NCBI GenBank assembly: GCA_051942205.1
Contig: JAVECO010000101.1
Location: 62,001-83,794 of the forward strand
Length of the DNA stretch: 21,794 nt
Direction of reading: 5' to 3'
DNA from: Coniocarpon cinnabarinum
Lineage: Eukaryota
Numbering within the stretch: the stretch's first letter is position 1; each line of letters opens with the position of its first letter. The position numbers and the translations under genes were made by a program. Below are positions 21,524 through 21,794 of the stretch, in pieces. Below the pieces are notes generated by a model, which was not told the origin of the DNA, searched no databases, and saw only the letters and a program-made list of their open reading frames with translations.

Positions 21524-21794
21524 CTATAGAGGGACCATGCATGCAGTGGGCGAAGGTCTGCGGCCTTGTATTTGTACGTCCAGACCTGGTCCCAGACACG
21601 ATTCTGACCTTGAACTGCTTTGCATCGACTGCAAGCTTTGACACGCTGCGATCATGTGGCTCGAAGCGACGCGGTGCAGCGGTATGCGGAAAGAGCGACG
21701 AGCTGATCCAAAACGCGGTAACTTCTGCAACTGGCGGTGAAGGCACTCGCTTTCTGACGTCCACTACCTTACCTTACATGCATCACCGTCCCCT
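21524..21794 (-). CDS. Possible 3' end of a gene continuing beyond the window (last exon 21724-21524)
   Basis: GTAAGG donors (21777 or 21772) and a TTGCAG acceptor (21725) define a ~50 nt intron followed by an open frame KLPRFGS...RRPSPTACMVPL*. No family recognised and the branch site is weak. Confidence 0.25.

Overview
Gene-dense eukaryotic DNA from a filamentous ascomycete (Pezizomycotina-like), inferred from short GT-AG introns with CTRAC-type branch sites and the gene content. Left to right: an SGNH/PC-esterase-like type II membrane protein (-), CDC14 phosphatase (-), a flavin amine oxidase (+), a PMU1-like histidine-phosphatase homolog whose catalytic RHG motif reads RAA (-), MDM12 (-), and a Fringe-like GT31 glycosyltransferase (+). 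Next is a ~4.2 kb stretch (12410-16640) with no large recognisable gene. It holds a 50-aa Cys/His-rich microprotein (-), GC-rich low-complexity or relic sequence, and an 80-aa Ser/Pro-rich small ORF (+) with a probably spliced leader. After that come a NUDIX hydrolase (-), a DUF1479/Gig2-like oxygenase with a predicted mitochondrial presequence (+), adenylate kinase ADK1 (+), and possibly the last exon of a further gene (-). Exon structures were derived by hand, and family calls come from motif recognition, not database searches. I saw no tRNA, rRNA, CRISPR array or intact transposon. Most of the window is housekeeping and I cannot demonstrate a new multi-gene system. The best leads are the membrane-anchored pseudo-phosphatase and the two microproteins.
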